Part shown: in pieces, positions 30,690-42,871 of the stretch
How the letters are laid out: each line of letters opens with the position of its first letter
Numbering within the stretch: position 1 is the stretch's first letter
Origin: Candidatus Magasanikiibacteriota bacterium
GTDB lineage: Bacteria; Patescibacteriota; Patescibacteriia; Magasanikbacterales; 2-02-FULL-50-9b
NCBI GenBank assembly: GCA_023246755.1
Contig: JAHFHU010000001.1
Location: forward strand, 6,072-70,071
Direction: 5' to 3'
DNA length: 64,000 bases
The notes under the pieces: model-generated
Told to the model about the DNA's origin: nothing
Database searches by the model: none
What the model saw: the letters and a program-made list of their open reading frames with translations, nothing else
Made by a program: the position numbers and the translations under genes

Positions 30690-30837
30690 ATAACGTTGAT
30701 TGTAACGAATCCCTCTGCGACATTTTATTTTTGGAGCAGCCGAACAAAATTTTTTCATGCACTAAAAATTAATTTTGCAAAAACAAAATTTTGAGAGTGC
30801 GCCCGCGTTCAAAAATAAAATGCCGCAGAGGAGGGAT

Positions 30838-34218
<3,381 letters not shown>

Positions 34219-34276
34219 TCAATCATTTATGCGTGACCAGTTTACCATGCCCCACCCACACTGACAACAATGTGTA

Positions 34277-35272
34277 TTAGGTTGGAGATGTGTTGTGTTC
34301 CAAAACAAGACGTACAGCCAAAAATTCAGCTGCATAATCTCGCGACTTTGAGCGGACTATGTAATCATCCGTGTCAAAATAACATATGCCGCACAGACCT
34401 TCTACCTCATCACCCTCCACCGCATAATCATCGAACCACGTACAGAGACCGAGAGCCTTGTTGCCAAAATTTTTTCCTGCTCCAGCAAGGCGTGCATATT
34501 CATCCTGTCGAATCAGGCGAAAGTTGTAGTGGGCAGGGTCGAGACCGAGTTTAGTGATGAGTGCGGTGTGCTTAGGGGTTTTTGTTCTATCAGACGGATC
34601 TCCTGTCCACAACGCCTCATCAATTGCGATGCGAGATATATTTACAACTCCGGTTGCAGATTGACCATCTTTTTGTTTCACATCGAGTGCGGTAAGTAAT
34701 GGTGATGTCGTTTGGTCAAAAGCTTCATCATCTATCGATACTTCTTTCCAGTTCTCAATCCACAAAACAGCAGGTTCATCAAAACGAGGAAGAGACACTT
34801 TTTTGTTATCCTTATCAAGGTTGCTGATGACGTTGCCTTCTGCTAGCCGCCTGTGATAGCCATCATGAACGGTGAAGCGACCATTCTGTGTACCATACTG
34901 CAGGGGAATGTTCGGCGCGGCCTTCTTCCATGCAGCACCAAACTGCTGGATTGCAGCAATTGAGTTCCCTGCATCACGCGTCAAAATATCAAGCTTATTA
35001 AAAATTGGTTGGCCATAGATGCGTGCCAGAACCTTTTGCGCCGCGGGGTTACCTTGCACTTCAACACGTTCTAATCCCAATCGTCGTGCCTCAGTTTCGT
35101 TGATCGAACCAAAATTTTCTTTGCTCGCCGTAGAAACGTCTGAAGGAGCTCGTGAAGAAAAGGCGCCCAGCACTTTCGCGAGCAAGCCAGCAGAAAGCGT
35201 GCGACGTGAGCCAGCTTGATTTATGCCGTTTGTTGAATCGGAAACATTTTCAAAATTTGTAGGTTCTCGCAT
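34277..35272 (-). CDS. hypothetical protein; weak ParB/Srx-like 'DGYHRR' motif
   Basis: 331 aa, no TM; 'RFTVHDGYHRRLAEGN' resembles the ParB-N/sulfiredoxin-fold DGxHR motif. Composition differs from neighbours. Confidence 0.45.
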   Translation of the reverse strand: MREPTNFENVSDSTNGINQAGSRRTLSAGLLAKVLGAFSSRAPSDVSTASKENFGSINETEARRLGLERVEVQGNPAAQKVLARIYGQPIFNKLDILTRDAGNSIAAIQQFGAAWKKAAPNIPLQYGTQNGRFTVHDGYHRRLAEGNVISNLDKDNKKVSLPRFDEPAVLWIENWKEVSIDDEAFDQTTSPLLTALDVKQKDGQSATGVVNISRIAIDEALWTGDPSDRTKTPKHTALITKLGLDPAHYNFRLIRQDEYARLAGAGKNFGNKALGLCTWFDDYAVEGDEVEGLCGICYFDTDDYIVRSKSRDYAAEFLAVRLVLEHNTSPT

Positions 35273-35368
35273 ATTAAAACTTTATTTTTATAATCGTCTA
35301 AGCCGCCTCTAATCTTACCACAAAGCTTGCCGACGTACACGACGACTCGATTAAGAAGAAGCACGCCA

Positions 35369-36850
35369 TCATTCAAGTATCGTCCAATTCCGCGCGTGCG
35401 CAACTTTTCGCAAAGCTTTTTTTGGACAAACCGCAATCGCATTCCCAACCGATTCAAGCATGGGAATGTCGGTCGATGAATCCGCATACGCATAACTCCG
35501 CGATAAATCAATGTCATGCAAACGCGCATAATGCTCAATCCCCATCGCTTTTTCTTCGCCCTGACAGAGTCGCACATATTCGCCCGTGTAAATCGCACCA
35601 TGTGGCGCATGCGTTTTTTTCAATTCGGTGCAAATCACCCCATGAACAGAAAATCGATCCTCGAGATATCGTTTAAACTGGATGGCGAGCGGATGCGTAA
35701 CTTCCGTAACCAGCACTAACCGATGGTCGCGTTCCGCATGATCTTTCATCATGTGCAGCATGATGTCGTTAAAACGATGCGTCGCAACCGTATCAAAAAA
35801 TTTCTGCGCTGATCGCTCAACTTTTTGCACAGAAAACCCTCGAAAAACTGACAATGCCGCGGTTGCAAATTTTTCGTGCGTCACCAGACCTAATAATTCC
35901 AATGATTCCAGAAAAAAAACATTGCAAAAATATCCAAAACTCACGCGGCCCTCAAAAAATAAAAATTTCACCCAATCAATTTGGGAATAACCTTTGTATA
36001 GCGTCCGATCGATATCAATAAAAACACCGACGTGTTTACGTGGATGTTGAATAAATTCCGGAATATAGCGCGTAGGAAGCAAATTAAAAACTGCGTGTGA
36101 AATTTGTTTTTGATACGCAAGCACCGCAGAGCCATACGTGTAATCTGCCGTAACGGCCGGCGGATGCATGAGCGGCCCCACGCAGAGCCGAACCGTACCC
36201 GGACGCATACGAATTTTATCGATAAAAATTCGTTCATGCCCGACCAGCGCCATTACCGCGATTGGAGCACGCGCGCTGATCGAAACGCGAGCAGCGCCCG
36301 TATGGAGATAATGTAATTGATGGATGCGCTCGAGATGGCCCTCGGGAAAAATTAGAATATTAAACCCGCTTTTGAGTCGCTCAACCATCTTTTCAATTGC
36401 CGCGTGCTTGGTGTAGCCCGAGAAATGGATTGCGTCTTCTTCGTTGCGAAGAATGTCGATGACACCCATTTTTCGAAACACTTTGTTAAATGGATACGCA
36501 AACATATCCGCAGGGCCGGTAACGGGAATCATGTTAGGGCCAAACAATGAAAAAAAGGTGAATCCATCCAAAATTGACGGGTGGTTTGAAATAAAAATTG
36601 TGGGCTCAGTGATCGAAGGTACGTCGCCATCGATTATGATTCGAACGCGTGCAATCGCGAGCATCACCGCATTATGTCGTTTGACCGCGCGACGCCATAT
36701 AATTTCTCGCGCGGCAGGCCGAAGCCATGGTTGGAGCGCAATAATTGTCGTAACCGTCCAATAATTCGCGACGGAATATAAAAAAAAGGCGAGCCGCACA
36801 TAAATTCCATACAGCAGCTGAATTGTTTTGTTACTCCACAATGAACGCAT
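35369..36850 (-). CDS. fusion: 1-acyl-sn-glycerol-3-phosphate acyltransferase (PlsC-like) + HAD-IB (SerB-like) phosphatase domain
   Basis: N-terminal TM helices. Acyltransferase motifs 'FISNHPSILDG' (NHx4D) and 'IFPEGHL'. C-terminal 'VGVFIDIDRTLYKG' (HAD motif I) and 'YAYADSSTDIPMLESVGNAIAV' (HAD-IB motif IV). Confidence 0.75.
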   Translation of the reverse strand: MRSLWSNKTIQLLYGIYVRLAFFLYSVANYWTVTTIIALQPWLRPAAREIIWRRAVKRHNAVMLAIARVRIIIDGDVPSITEPTIFISNHPSILDGFTFFSLFGPNMIPVTGPADMFAYPFNKVFRKMGVIDILRNEEDAIHFSGYTKHAAIEKMVERLKSGFNILIFPEGHLERIHQLHYLHTGAARVSISARAPIAVMALVGHERIFIDKIRMRPGTVRLCVGPLMHPPAVTADYTYGSAVLAYQKQISHAVFNLLPTRYIPEFIQHPRKHVGVFIDIDRTLYKGYSQIDWVKFLFFEGRVSFGYFCNVFFLESLELLGLVTHEKFATAALSVFRGFSVQKVERSAQKFFDTVATHRFNDIMLHMMKDHAERDHRLVLVTEVTHPLAIQFKRYLEDRFSVHGVICTELKKTHAPHGAIYTGEYVRLCQGEEKAMGIEHYARLHDIDLSRSYAYADSSTDIPMLESVGNAIAVCPKKALRKVAHARNWTILE

Positions 36851-36997
36851 AGACTGATCAAGTATAGGCGAAAACGGGTGTTTTGTAAAAAAAATTTAAT
36901 ATCCACAGACTGTCCACCATTGACAAACTTTTTTTATTGTGGAACCCAGTATAGATAGTTCACGAATGTTCCGTGAACTCCTCCAACGGAGCGCCTC

Positions 36998-37360
36998 ATG
37001 CACACATTGTATTATCGGTTTTTACGATGGCTTCTTTTGTGCGGCCGCAAATTTTCAGCCCGCCCGCTTTGGGACGCGGGCTGTGGTCGCAAAAAATTCA
37101 AAACACTCGTTGAGTACTGCCATGCTATTCCCCGCATGCCAGACGATCTGCCAAACGAAAATCCGCGGCGCATGCGCTCATGCTTAGTGCTCGTCGATTA
37201 CCCTGAAAATGAAGGTGGTCCGTATTGGGTTTGGCTTACGCTTGTCTACAGCAAACTCGGATACGGCTTGTGGTATACCCGCACACCACAACACACGTTT
37301 CGCATCCCGCACACCCACGAAATGGACTGTTTGCGTCTCCGCATGCCAATTTTTGGGTAA
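36998..37360 (+). CDS. hypothetical 120-aa protein in G+C-rich island
   Basis: Trp/Arg-rich; no motif; convergent with the cyclase gene and sharing its terminator hairpin. Confidence 0.3.
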   Translation: MHTLYYRFLRWLLLCGRKFSARPLWDAGCGRKKFKTLVEYCHAIPRMPDDLPNENPRRMRSCLVLVDYPENEGGPYWVWLTLVYSKLGYGLWYTRTPQHTFRIPHTHEMDCLRLRMPIFG

Positions 37361-37404
37361 AAAAATACGTAGGCTGCAGCAGACAACTCTGTCTGCAGCC
37401 TACG
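37358..37404. terminator. long hairpin terminator shared by convergent genes
   Basis: 'cgtaggctgcagcagaca-actc-tgtctgcagcctacg' (about 15-bp stem with one 3-nt bulge). On the minus strand it is followed by 'tattttttta', directly after the cyclase gene stop (37422). Confidence 0.65.
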
Positions 37405-37421
37405 TTCCTTGGTTAGAATTC

Positions 37422-39389
37422 TCACCTCACTACACGAAACCCGTGTAGAAGTTCATCCGCTTTTGCTGCCTGTTCTCCTTTGTACACGAGCAACCGCGGG
37501 CGTCGTGCTGTCGTGAGCGTGGTACCGACCGGCAACAATTTCTTCAGGATGTCGAATCGATCCACCCCGGGAATTGCTTTACCCTCGATCACATGGCCAA
37601 ACAGAATTTCAAAAGGCTGACCTTGCAAAACCTGTGCAGCCGCCCATGAAATCAGCACGGATCCCGGTTCAGCTTTTTGTTCATGTCGTTGCGCGTAGTT
37701 CACATTGCAATTCAAGACATCAAGTCGCCCACCCGTTGTTTGAATCACGACGTTTCCACAATGGATACCAATGCGAACCTGAATCCCGTATTTTCCATCC
37801 GGATCAACAGCGTCATTCACGCACTTCTGAAACTCAAGTGCTGCTGAAATTGCCGTATCAACCAGATGTACTTGCACGTCGGGAACGCTCGGATCATCCT
37901 GCTCTTCGAGCGTGGTAAAAAAGTACAAGCCGCCATCGCCCATCGACTTAGGCGTTAACCCCCTGAACTTGAGGCAAAACGTTTGATCAGCAAATTCATG
38001 GAACTTACCGACCAGCGTTGCAACCTCCATGGCCGCGCTCTTTTCGACCTCAAACGGCGATAATGCGGGGTTTTCACCCCGAACTTCTTTCTGCCGCTTA
38101 AGCTCAATCTTAGTGAATGCCATGATGTCCAGAAATACGACGGCCGCGAACTGGAACCGCCGCTCAAATGGCTTTCCCGTGCCATCCGCTGAACGAAGCA
38201 TGCCCCGCAACCACCCCTCGTCCCGAAATCCATGGCCGAGAAGTTCACGGAAACGCAGTGCCATGTAACGCTCGCGTTGTGTCTCGGCTTTCGAGACCGC
38301 AACCGTCGCGCTCAACGCCACCTGACCTTCGACGCGCCGCGTCAAACGATCCCACGCCGTCTGTGCCAAAGTCACGAAGAACGTGGTGGCCGCCAAAATT
38401 AGCGCATGCACGAACTGCAAAATCGTCTTTGACACGTGGTTGTACACGACTTCCATGATAACCGTCCCCAGCTCGTTCGCATCATCGAGCTGAAAAACTG
38501 TTCCTGCATGGACAAGGGGCAACAACTCGCTTGTCCGCGTACAGACACTCGAGATTGTCTTATCGAGCCGGATCGCGTTAACCGTATGTCCGTTCGGCTT
38601 GTAGCGGATTACCGTTCCACACAACTCACCGTTCACGAACAGCCGATCTCCGGCTTGTGGATTCACAACCCACTGGTCATCCTTACTCGCTTCCGCGCCA
38701 CGCAACCAGCGTATAGACTGGTCGTTCCCGAGCCATTTTTTCAAAAAAGCCTCGAGGTTAACCGGAACCGCCTTGAGCGTGACATCGGACACCGGGTCTT
38801 GAAACTCCCAATGTGCTGGAAAAGTCGACGTGACCCCGGGAATAAAATACATGAGCGACAACGCATCATCTTGTGGGGAACGTCGAATGCCGGTCCTCGC
38901 ATCTTCCACATAATGACCGACGAGCGTGATGAGGCCCGGCACACTGCTTTGTGTCCATCGTTTTGAGTCATTCCACAAACGTGTACCCCGTGGAATCGAA
39001 CGCGCACCGAGACGCGGGTCTGTGATGTATTTGAGGCCCAACTTGAGCATCCATTCACCAAAGTCCGTTGACCCGTGCGCGACTTCGACAGCCGCTTGTC
39101 CGAGTGTGCGCAGATGTGACGGGTGCCCGAGCACGGTCACGACCGCGAACTCGATCTGGATGTACCACCCCAAGGGAACAAACCGGTCTGTTGTGAGACT
39201 CAAAGCCCGATTCTCGTCCTTTTCCTGCTCCGCTTGAAGGAGCGCCTGAAGATGTGGGGGGAGTTTCGCGATCACCTGACTGACCGTGCATGACGGAAAA
39301 TACTTGCGCATCCCCCGAACCATGACCGCCCAATTCAGGCTCAAGTTGACGTCGTGCCACGAATCATCATCTTGCAGTTCAGTTGCCAT
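37422..39389 (-). CDS. class III nucleotidyl (adenylyl/guanylyl-type) cyclase domain protein with large N-terminal domain of unknown function
   Basis: 655 aa. C-terminal CHD motifs 'FAAVVFLDIMAFTKI' (D-I-x-x-F-T), 'KSMGDGGLYFF', 'RIGIHCGNVVIQTTGG'. One predicted TM about residue 335. Strong SD 'GGAGG' before the ATG. Gene is visibly G+C-rich (roughly 58-60% by eye) versus flanks. Confidence 0.7.
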   Translation of the reverse strand: MATELQDDDSWHDVNLSLNWAVMVRGMRKYFPSCTVSQVIAKLPPHLQALLQAEQEKDENRALSLTTDRFVPLGWYIQIEFAVVTVLGHPSHLRTLGQAAVEVAHGSTDFGEWMLKLGLKYITDPRLGARSIPRGTRLWNDSKRWTQSSVPGLITLVGHYVEDARTGIRRSPQDDALSLMYFIPGVTSTFPAHWEFQDPVSDVTLKAVPVNLEAFLKKWLGNDQSIRWLRGAEASKDDQWVVNPQAGDRLFVNGELCGTVIRYKPNGHTVNAIRLDKTISSVCTRTSELLPLVHAGTVFQLDDANELGTVIMEVVYNHVSKTILQFVHALILAATTFFVTLAQTAWDRLTRRVEGQVALSATVAVSKAETQRERYMALRFRELLGHGFRDEGWLRGMLRSADGTGKPFERRFQFAAVVFLDIMAFTKIELKRQKEVRGENPALSPFEVEKSAAMEVATLVGKFHEFADQTFCLKFRGLTPKSMGDGGLYFFTTLEEQDDPSVPDVQVHLVDTAISAALEFQKCVNDAVDPDGKYGIQVRIGIHCGNVVIQTTGGRLDVLNCNVNYAQRHEQKAEPGSVLISWAAAQVLQGQPFEILFGHVIEGKAIPGVDRFDILKKLLPVGTTLTTARRPRLLVYKGEQAAKADELLHGFRVVR

Positions 39390-39489
39390 GAGTACCTCCG
39401 TGCCCTTTATACTGCGCCCCGAAATTGAGACGCAAAAGAGCTTGCTACCTTACATAATTTTCTCAAAACTGTCAACTCCATGGCACAGG

Positions 39490-39498
39490 TGGTATACT
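39490..39498 (+). promoter_or_regulatory. extended -10 promoter element (TGgTATACT) upstream of surface-protein gene
   Basis: 'tggtatact' lies 32 nt upstream of ATG 39531. Confidence 0.35.
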
Positions 39499-39530
39499 GA
39501 CACTCGAAATCCGCTTGCCTCTCATTTTTT

Positions 39531-40631
39531 ATGATCCGAATTCGTCAGTCACACTGGTACACGCTCTGTTTATTTTTTTTCCTCTGTTTTCCGTTTTTAT
39601 CGGCTCATGCAGCCAACATCGGATTTGCGTCGAGCGGCGTATCTTTTGCTACAGACACTCCATTCGCAGGAATTCCCACCAAAGTCTACACCGTTGTGAT
39701 CAACAACCAATACAAAAAAATGACCGCGACGATCTCATTCATCGACAATGGCCAAGAATTTGCACGCATAACAACCGTGATTGATTTCGAGGAAGCGCAG
39801 CAAGTGAGCGCGCCGTGGACACCTACAACAGGACCTCACACAGTCGGCGCTCGTTTTATTTCCGCCGTTGCAACGGACGCGCAAGGAAATACGCGCCAAC
39901 TCAAAACAGCCGAATTAGATGCAATTGCATCGCCTGTCTCACAATCAACAACGATCGACAATGATAGCGACCACGACGGAATCGGAGATCATGAAGAAAT
40001 GGGAACCTACCACACATCGCCGCTCAAATTTGATTCTGACGATGACGGGCTGTCGGATTACGAGGAAATTTTTACGTACAAAACGGATCCTAACAACCCA
40101 AATACCGATGGTGACAGCATGAAAGATGGCGCCGAAATACACGCGGGTCGAAATCCTTTAATTTCAGATGATCCCGCACCCCCGCCTCCACCCGTCTCAG
40201 CTCCGACCGCACCATCTGCTTCTTCCAAATCATTAACGACCGTTGCGCCGACTCAAAAAAGTAGCCCGACGGCTCCATCGTCACCCGTTAAAAAAACGAA
40301 CGCGGCGCAGCCGACACTGACAACTACAGAAACTGGATCGAACACAAAAAAGGTTCAAGCAAAAAAACCAGTCGCCGCTCCAAAAATAATTTCTGCGATT
40401 GCCGACCCGCAAACCGCACCGGCCACAGATTCATCAACGACGCCTGAAACCACGACAAACACGACCACCGATTCAATAGCAGCGCCACCTCGTCAACCAC
40501 GCGCAACCCCGCCCGAAGAAAACCAAACGGGCAATTGGGTCACTGTTTTGGGCGTGCTCGCTGGATTATTTGGAGTCACCGCGGCCGTAACCGGCGGCCT
40601 CGCGTGGCGTGAAAAAAATCGATACTATTAA
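39531..40631 (+). CDS. cell-surface protein with thrombospondin-type-3-like Ca-binding repeats, Pro/Thr-rich stalk and C-terminal TM anchor
   Basis: Signal peptide 'LCLFFFLCFPFLSAHA'. Repeats 'DNDSDHDGIGDHEE', 'DSDDDGLSDYEE', 'DTDGDSMKDGAE'. Low-complexity P/T/S/A linker. C-terminal 'WVTVLGVLAGLFGVTAAVTGGLAW'. Confidence 0.65.
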   Translation: MIRIRQSHWYTLCLFFFLCFPFLSAHAANIGFASSGVSFATDTPFAGIPTKVYTVVINNQYKKMTATISFIDNGQEFARITTVIDFEEAQQVSAPWTPTTGPHTVGARFISAVATDAQGNTRQLKTAELDAIASPVSQSTTIDNDSDHDGIGDHEEMGTYHTSPLKFDSDDDGLSDYEEIFTYKTDPNNPNTDGDSMKDGAEIHAGRNPLISDDPAPPPPPVSAPTAPSASSKSLTTVAPTQKSSPTAPSSPVKKTNAAQPTLTTTETGSNTKKVQAKKPVAAPKIISAIADPQTAPATDSSTTPETTTNTTTDSIAAPPRQPRATPPEENQTGNWVTVLGVLAGLFGVTAAVTGGLAWREKNRYY

Positions 40632-40647
40632 TCGGACTTATCAACAA

Positions 40648-40676
40648 TTGACAAAATTCGCTGTCAGGGCTATGAT
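40648..40676 (+). promoter_or_regulatory. near-consensus sigma70 promoter (TTGACA-17-TATGAT) for secE-nusG-rplK
   Basis: 'ttgaca aaattcgctgtcagggc tatgat'; followed by small hairpin 'gccccacggggc' + 'cttttttag' in the leader. Confidence 0.5.
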
Positions 40677-40724
40677 GACTCCATCATAAAGTGCCCCACG
40701 GGGCCTTTTTTAGAACAAAAAAAT

Positions 40725-40922
40725 ATGGCGTCCATCGGAACACAAATCACCGACTATCTCAAGGGGGCGAACGAGGAACTCCGCAAAGTCGTGTGGCCAA
40801 CAAAAGAAGAGACAATTCGCTCAACCATCGCAGTTATCGCAACCAGTTTGATTGTCGCGGCATTTTTCTGGGTACTTGATGCGGTGTTCAATATCGGTTT
40901 GTCGGCAATCATCAAGAAATAA
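40725..40922 (+). CDS. secE: preprotein translocase subunit SecE
   Basis: 65 aa, one TM; 'KVVWPTKEETIRSTIAVIATSLIVAAFFWVLD'; immediately precedes nusG. Confidence 0.85.
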   Translation: MASIGTQITDYLKGANEELRKVVWPTKEETIRSTIAVIATSLIVAAFFWVLDAVFNIGLSAIIKK

Positions 40923-40923
40923 T

Positions 40924-41469
40924 ATGCCAAAACAAACACTTGATCTCGGTCGTCGCTGGTATGTGATCCACACATACTCCGGGTACGAAGACAATGTGGC
41001 GCGTAACCTCAAACACCGCGTCGAAACCATGTCGATACAAGACAAAATTTTTGGTGTGCTTGTTCCAACCGAGAAAAAAATTAAAATTAAAAATGGCAAA
41101 CGCCACACCGTGATTGAAAAAATTTTTCCGGGCTATGTGTTCGTTGAAATGCTCGTGACAGATGATTCGTGGTACGTGGTGCGCAACACGCCAAACGTTA
41201 CTGGTTTTGTTGGCAGCGGAACGACCCCAACGCCCATTGCGGAAACTGAAATGAAGGCGTTGCAAAAACGAATGGGCGTCGAAGAACCAAAATATCAAAT
41301 CGATGTTATCGAAGGATCGGCGGTTAAAATCGTCGACGGACCATTTAAAAACATGGAAGGCAAAGTCGATCATATCGACGAAGCCCGCGGTAAGATCAAA
41401 GTTCTCGTTAACATGTTCGGACGCGAAACGCCGGTCGAACTTGACTTTTTACAGATTAAGAAAGTATAA
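40924..41469 (+). CDS. nusG: transcription termination/antitermination factor NusG
   Basis: Start [22 protein letters not shown]; KOW region '[16 protein letters not shown]'. Confidence 0.9.
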   Translation: MPKQTLDLGRRWYVIHTYSGYEDNVARNLKHRVETMSIQDKIFGVLVPTEKKIKIKNGKRHTVIEKIFPGYVFVEMLVTDDSWYVVRNTPNVTGFVGSGTTPTPIAETEMKALQKRMGVEEPKYQIDVIEGSAVKIVDGPFKNMEGKVDHIDEARGKIKVLVNMFGRETPVELDFLQIKKV

Positions 41470-41480
41470 TCCTCGGCACT

Positions 41481-41903
41481 ATGGCAAAAAAGATCAAAAC
41501 CATCATCAAACTACAGATTCCGGGCGGAGGAGCAACCCCAGCCCCACCTGTTGGCCCAGCCCTTGGTCAGCACGGTTTGAATATTCAAGAATTCGTAACC
41601 AAATTCAACGCAGCGACCCAAGATCGCCGTGGCGAAACTGCTCCGTGTGAAATCACGGTCTTCGAAGACCGCACCTTCACTTTTGTGCTCAAAACTCCGC
41701 CAGCAACCGATTTGATCAAAAAAGCTGCGGGTATCAAGAGCGGATCAAAGAAAGCCCCGGGCGAAAAAGTGGGTAAAATCACGTGGGCACAAGCTCGCGA
41801 CATCGCAACCCGCAAAATGCCGGACTTAAACACCGCGAATGTAGACGCAGGCGCTCGGATGATCGCCGGATCAGCTCGCCAGATGGGTGTTGACGTAATC
41901 TAA
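41481..41903 (+). CDS. rplK: 50S ribosomal protein L11
   Basis: '[31 protein letters not shown]'. Confidence 0.95.
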   Translation: MAKKIKTIIKLQIPGGGATPAPPVGPALGQHGLNIQEFVTKFNAATQDRRGETAPCEITVFEDRTFTFVLKTPPATDLIKKAAGIKSGSKKAPGEKVGKITWAQARDIATRKMPDLNTANVDAGARMIAGSARQMGVDVI

Positions 41904-41918
41904 AAATTGCGCTCTCGG

Positions 41919-41946
41919 AACTCCCCCACTCGGGGGAGTTTTGTTA
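41919..41946 (+). terminator. Rho-independent terminator after rplK
   Basis: 'aactccccc-actc-gggggagtt' followed by 'ttgtt'. Confidence 0.6.
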
Positions 41947-41958
41947 TAATAGAAACCT

Positions 41959-42294
41959 ATGCAGACAAAAAATATTATTCGCAACGTTTATCTCTATCTC
42001 GTGAGTGCGATCGCGTTGTTCATGGTCGTGTTCGCGGTCGTGAGCTTAGTCAACCTGGGGCTGCGTACGTGGATTTTTCCAAAGGCTGATGATAACTACT
42101 ATTCCCAACCGAGCAAACCTGTTGCGGAAATGGCCGCACAGATTGAACAAGATCGTCAAAATGCCGAAAATAATAAATTAGCGCAGCGTCAACGCGATCT
42201 CGTACAAAATATCTCGTTTCTCATTGTCGCGGGTCCACTGTTTGCGTTTCACTGGCGCTTAATTCGAAAAGATCACCTAATAAATAACGCATAA
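41959..42294 (+). CDS. small membrane protein (2 TM), hypothetical
   Basis: Two hydrophobic helices flanking a Q/R-rich loop. Confidence 0.5.
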   Translation: MQTKNIIRNVYLYLVSAIALFMVVFAVVSLVNLGLRTWIFPKADDNYYSQPSKPVAEMAAQIEQDRQNAENNKLAQRQRDLVQNISFLIVAGPLFAFHWRLIRKDHLINNA

Positions 42295-42298
42295 TTTT

Positions 42299-42865
42299 AT
42301 GATGCTCATTATTCTCATCGCCATCGTCGCAATTCTCGCACTGTGGCTCATCGGCACCTACAACGGACTTGTCACGCTCCGCACACGATCCGAAGAAGCA
42401 TGGTCAGACATCGACGTACAATCAAAACGCCGCTACGATTTGATTCCGAATTTAGTCGAAACCGTAAAAGGATATGCGGCGCATGAATCCGGAACACTGG
42501 AAAAAGTGATCGCCGCGCGTAATGCTGCGATGCAAACACACGATTCGTCGAGTGCAAGCATGCAAGATAAATTACAAGCGGAAAACGCACTTTCCGGAAC
42601 GCTCAAAACTATTTTTGCATTGAGTGAAAGCTATCCCGATCTCAAAGCAAACCAAAATTTCATGAAACTCCAAGACGAACTTGCGGACACTGAAAATAAA
42701 ATTCAGGCTTCACGCAGATTCTACAACGGAAATGTGCGCGACCTCAACACAAAAATTCAGCACTTCCCTACAAACCTCATTGCGAATACTTTTGGTTTCA
42801 CCAAACGAGAATTTTTTGAAGTTGCAGACGCAGCGCAGCGCGAAAATGTGAGTGTAAAATTTTAA
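42299..42865 (+). CDS. LemA-family membrane protein
   Basis: 'LIGTYNGLVTLRTRSEEAWSDIDVQSKRRYDLIPNLVETVKGY'. Confidence 0.85.
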   Translation: MMLIILIAIVAILALWLIGTYNGLVTLRTRSEEAWSDIDVQSKRRYDLIPNLVETVKGYAAHESGTLEKVIAARNAAMQTHDSSSASMQDKLQAENALSGTLKTIFALSESYPDLKANQNFMKLQDELADTENKIQASRRFYNGNVRDLNTKIQHFPTNLIANTFGFTKREFFEVADAAQRENVSVKF

Positions 42866-42871
42866 TGTCCT

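Noticed and set aside
35221-35610. 129-aa minus-strand ORF overlapping the 3' part of the acyltransferase-HAD gene
   Set aside because: Different frame from the well-supported 35369..36850 gene; no motif.
40689-40707. Small hairpin plus U-run between the secE promoter and secE
   Set aside because: Stem only 4-5 bp; placed after the promoter so unlikely to be a genuine terminator; noted inside the promoter feature instead.
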